From Mycoplana azooxidifex (GTDB lineage Bacteria; Pseudomonadota; Alphaproteobacteria; Rhizobiales; Rhizobiaceae), in assembly GCF_014196765.1 (NCBI RefSeq), contig NZ_JACIEE010000006.1, positions 140,963 to 172,962 on the forward strand: 32,000 nt of DNA. The letters are read 5' to 3'. Positions within the stretch are counted from its first letter, which is position 1, and every line of letters starts with the position of its first letter. The notes under the pieces were generated by a model, which was not told where the DNA came from, did no database searches, and was given only the letters and a program-made list of their open reading frames with translations. Shown here one piece after another: positions 29,364 to 32,000 of this stretch. The translations under genes were made by a program, and so were the position numbers.

Positions 29364-29831
29364 ATGTCGAAATTCAAAGTCATTGCCTTTGCCGCACTCG
29401 TAGCCGGCGCCCTTTCCATGCAACACCCGGCCTTCGCCCAGTCCGACGATGACGACGATGACGACGACGCGCCCAAGGTCACCCGCGCCAGCCAGAACGT
29501 TCCGGAACTGATCCTCGGCTCGAAGGACGACAACTTCGCCGTGAACCAGAAGGATTTCGAGCTCATCGCAGGACAGGGCTACCGGTGGAAGATCACCTCT
29601 GCGGCCGGCCTCGAATACAAGTTCATGACCGACCTGTTCCGCAATGTCTGGGTGAACCAGATCGTCATCAATGATCTCGAGGTCCACATGAACGGCGCCC
29701 CGGCCTGGCTGGAATTCGATGCGGAGGGCACGATCAACGTGCAGTTCACCACGGTGCGGCCGGGTGAATATACATGGTCGGTCCCCGACCTCGCGGACAA
29801 GGGCATGACGGGAAAGATCATCATCAAGTAA
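29364..29831 (+). CDS. Small secreted acidic protein: Asp8 tract plus cupredoxin-like domain lacking Cu ligands
   Basis: SD GGGAGGAA. Signal MSKFKVIAFAALVAGALSMQHPAFA|Q, then SDDDDDDDDAP. The C-terminus GEYTWSVPDLADKGMTGKIIIK resembles the cupredoxin C-terminal motif with Cys and His replaced. High GC3 supports coding. Confidence 0.8.
   Translation: MSKFKVIAFAALVAGALSMQHPAFAQSDDDDDDDDAPKVTRASQNVPELILGSKDDNFAVNQKDFELIAGQGYRWKITSAAGLEYKFMTDLFRNVWVNQIVINDLEVHMNGAPAWLEFDAEGTINVQFTTVRPGEYTWSVPDLADKGMTGKIIIK
29445..29468 (+). repeat. (GAY)8 trinucleotide tract encoding Asp8
   Basis: gac gat gac gac gat gac gac gac, read directly in the frame of the 29364 ORF. Confidence 0.97.
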
Positions 29832-29841
29832 CGTAGTTCCA

Positions 29842-29871
29842 GCAAGCCGCGGCAACAATGCCGCCGCTTGC
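29842..29871 (+). other. Intercistronic GC-rich stem-loop (12-bp stem with 1 mismatch, 6-nt loop)
   Basis: GCAAGCCGCGGC aacaat GCCGCCGCTTGC: 11 of 12 positions pair. It starts 10 nt after the stop of the small ORF and ends 14 nt before the ATPase ATG. No U-tract follows it. Confidence 0.6.
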
Positions 29872-29885
29872 GAGAGGCACATCCG

Positions 29886-30692
29886 ATGAAACTGCAATCG
29901 CGTTCACCCGAAACGCCCCGAACCGATGAGAGAGCGGCAGTCGCCGCTCTCGAACTCGCATCGATCAGCTACAATTATGGACAACGAAAGGCACTCGACG
30001 ACGTCTCGTTTTCCATAGAGCCGGCGCGGTTCACGGTGCTTTTGGGACTCAACGGCGCCGGCAAGACGACGCTGTTCTCGCTCGTCAGCCATCTCTTTTC
30101 GCCGCGGACCGGCCGCATCCGCGTTTTCGGCCAGGATATAGACCGGAACTCGGGGCAGGCGCTCAGGCGTCTCGGCATCGTCTTCCAGGCCCGCACCCTC
30201 GATCTCGATCTCACCGTCCGGCAGAATCTCCTCTATCACGCCGCCCTGCACGGCATCGGAACGCGGGTGGCGCGGCAGCGGATCGACGAGTTACTCCACG
30301 CCATCGACCTGACCGACCGCATCGAGGAGAAGGTGCGCGGCCTCTCCGGTGGGCAGGTCAGGCGCGTCGAGATCATCCGCGCCCTGCTGCACCGGCCTTC
30401 CCTGCTGCTTCTCGACGAAGCGACTGTGGGGCTCGACATCAAGTCCCGGGCGACCATTCTGAAGGACATCCGTGCGCTCGTAGAGCGGGACGGGATCAGC
30501 GTGCTTTGGGCGACCCATCTGATCGACGAGGTCGGCCAGGCCGATCAGGTTCTCGTTCTCGACAAGGGAAAACTGGTCGCCGACGGCCCAGTGGCGACCA
30601 TTCTTTCAAGTACCGGAACGGAGACGATCAACCAGGCCTTCTCGAAACTGACCGGCATCACGGACATGAACGTCCGGGGAGGAAGGCCATGA
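29886..30692 (+). CDS. ABC transporter ATP-binding protein
   Basis: Walker A GLNGAGKTTL, signature LSGGQVRRV, Walker B LLLLDEAT. ATG 29886 follows GAGAGG at 8 nt. The ORF-track TTG 29868 lies inside the hairpin arm. Confidence 0.92.
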   Translation: MKLQSRSPETPRTDERAAVAALELASISYNYGQRKALDDVSFSIEPARFTVLLGLNGAGKTTLFSLVSHLFSPRTGRIRVFGQDIDRNSGQALRRLGIVFQARTLDLDLTVRQNLLYHAALHGIGTRVARQRIDELLHAIDLTDRIEEKVRGLSGGQVRRVEIIRALLHRPSLLLLDEATVGLDIKSRATILKDIRALVERDGISVLWATHLIDEVGQADQVLVLDKGKLVADGPVATILSSTGTETINQAFSKLTGITDMNVRGGRP

Positions 30693-31555
30693 CCGACGCA
30701 ACCGACTTCGCCGGTTCGTCCCGGGAGAAATGGACGGGCTTCTCCGCCAACCAGTACTTCATCTGCCTGAAGGGCATTCTTGTCCGAGAGTGGCTGCGAT
30801 ACCTCTCGCAGAAGGAGCGTTTCGTCTCCTCGCTGGTGCGGCCTCTGCTCTGGCTTTTCATATTCGCAGCCGGATTCCGGCAGGTACTCGGCGTCTCGAT
30901 CATTCCGCCGTACGAGACCTATGTTCTCTACGAGGTCTACATCACGCCAGGTCTGTGCGGGATGATCCTTCTCTTCAGCGGCATGCAATCCTCCTTGTCG
31001 ATGGTCTACGACCGGGAGATGGGCAACATGCGCATCCTGCTCGTCAGTCCCTTTCCGCGCTGGTACCTGCTGGTGTCGAAACTTCTGGCGGGTGTCGGGG
31101 TTTCCCTCCTGCAGGTCTATGCCTTTCTGGCGATCGCCTGGTTCTGGGACGTCAGGGCGCCGGTCGCGGGCTATTTTCTGATCCTGCCTGCCCTCTTCTT
31201 CGCAGGATTGATGCTGGGAGCGCTCGGCATGCTGTTGTCGTCGCTTGTCAAGCAACTGGAGAATTTCGCGGGGATCATGAATTTCGTGATCTTTCCGATG
31301 TATTTCGCATCTTCGGCGCTCTACCCGCTCTGGCGGGTCCAGGAGTCGAGCCCCCTGCTCTACAAGATCTGCCTCCTGAACCCGTTCACCTATGCGGTCG
31401 AACTCATTCGTTTCGCATTTTACGCACGGATCGAATGGACATCGCTTGTCGTCGTACTGGCCGTCACACTCGCCCTGCTGGGCGCAGCCATCCTGGCCTA
31501 CAATCCCGCGCGCGGCCTGACCGTCCGCAAACAGGATATGGGAGGAAGCCAATGA
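30689..31555 (+). CDS. ABC-2 type transporter permease
   Basis: 288 aa with about six hydrophobic spans and an ABC-2-like organisation. ATG 30689 forms an ATGA overlap with the ATPase stop, after GGGGAGGAAGG. The ORF-track entry starting at 30506 is an out-of-frame extension. Confidence 0.88.
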   Translation: MTDATDFAGSSREKWTGFSANQYFICLKGILVREWLRYLSQKERFVSSLVRPLLWLFIFAAGFRQVLGVSIIPPYETYVLYEVYITPGLCGMILLFSGMQSSLSMVYDREMGNMRILLVSPFPRWYLLVSKLLAGVGVSLLQVYAFLAIAWFWDVRAPVAGYFLILPALFFAGLMLGALGMLLSSLVKQLENFAGIMNFVIFPMYFASSALYPLWRVQESSPLLYKICLLNPFTYAVELIRFAFYARIEWTSLVVVLAVTLALLGAAILAYNPARGLTVRKQDMGGSQ

Positions 31556-32000
31556 ACCGGCCTGTTTTTCTCGTTCCCTTGCTCGTCGCGCTGTCGGCAG
31601 CGCCATCGGCCCGCGCCGCGGCCAACACCGATCCGGACTGGCCCTGCATCCAGCGCAAGGTGCCCGAACTCTCGATCGCGCAGGTATGGAACGGAAGCGA
31701 AATTCCCGAAAGTGCCAAGGAATGGGGAAAGGATCCCCGGCTGTCCGATCTCGCCGCCGAATTGACCAAGCGCAGTAATGCGATCGAAAATGTGCGACAG
31801 CAGATTTCCGATTATGCCTCGGCACTGCCGAAAGACCAGGTGAATGAAAGGCTGGAGCAGTTGTTCATGGCCGTGTTCGACAGGCTCAACATGGAGCGCG
31901 GTCAGATCATCTCCGGCATCGCCCGCTATGCCGGCAAGCAAAGGGACCTGGCGTCGGATATCCGGAAGAAGGCCGCGGAGATCGACAAGATGCACGCTGC
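31552..32000 (+). CDS. Secreted protein of unknown function (5' partial view; continues past the window end)
   Basis: Not in the ORF track because there is no stop in the window. ATG 31552 forms an ATGA overlap with the permease stop, after GGAGGAAG. My translation: MNRPVFLVPLLVALSAAPSARA|AANTDPDWPCIQRKVPELSIAQVWNGSEIPESAKEWGKDPRLSDLAAELTKRSNAIENVRQQISDYASALPKDQVNERLEQLFMAVFDRLNMERGQIISGIARYAGKQRDLASDIRKKAAEIDKMHA... The frame is open for all 149 codons with high GC3. Confidence 0.75.
   Translation, partial: MNRPVFLVPLLVALSAAPSARAAANTDPDWPCIQRKVPELSIAQVWNGSEIPESAKEWGKDPRLSDLAAELTKRSNAIENVRQQISDYASALPKDQVNERLEQLFMAVFDRLNMERGQIISGIARYAGKQRDLASDIRKKAAEIDKMHA

Noticed and set aside
29868-29885. 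TTG start for the ABC ATPase (ORF-track start)
   Set aside because: The TTG lies inside the right arm of the 29842-29871 hairpin and has no SD. ATG 29886 follows GAGAGG at 8 nt.

Overview
GC-rich, almost entirely coding C1/autotrophy island. The gene order looks alphaproteobacterial (Rhizobiales-like), but that is an inference from gene order only. There are three modules. (1) 28-9034: Calvin-cycle operon cbbF-P-T-A-L-S-X on the minus strand, with the divergent LysR regulator cbbR. (2) 9071-26951: the tetrahydromethanopterin (H4MPT)/methylofuran-linked formaldehyde oxidation pathway and its cofactor biosynthesis genes. This comprises a pcd-like gene plus fhcB-A-D-C (minus); mptG-mtdB-ATP-grasp-mch-RimK-like-CitG-like (plus); an insulated fae with a GTG start; and a block of HisA-like (minus), MfnF/hydantoinase-like (plus, inverted), then DUF447, DHPS-like, AfpA/DmrB-type flavoprotein, amino-acid-kinase-like and an MfnB::FolB fusion (all minus). 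(3) 27105-32000: a periplasm-facing ABC module of the kind found next to PQQ quinoprotein dehydrogenases. It encodes a LivK-like binding protein, a 7-bladed YVTN propeller, a small secreted protein with an Asp8 tract, an ATPase, an ABC-2 permease, and an unrecognised secreted protein that runs off the window and is absent from the ORF track. I saw no rRNA, tRNA, CRISPR array, IS element or integrase. Many ORF-track entries are antisense shadow ORFs or 5' over-extensions. I re-set starts using SD sequences, stop/start overlaps, homolog N-termini and third-position GC. The most interesting items are the poly-Asp, copper-ligand-less cupredoxin-like protein inside the ABC operon, the MfnB::FolB fusion, the single inverted gene squeezed between minus-strand cofactor genes, and the uncharacterised secreted ORF coupled to the permease.
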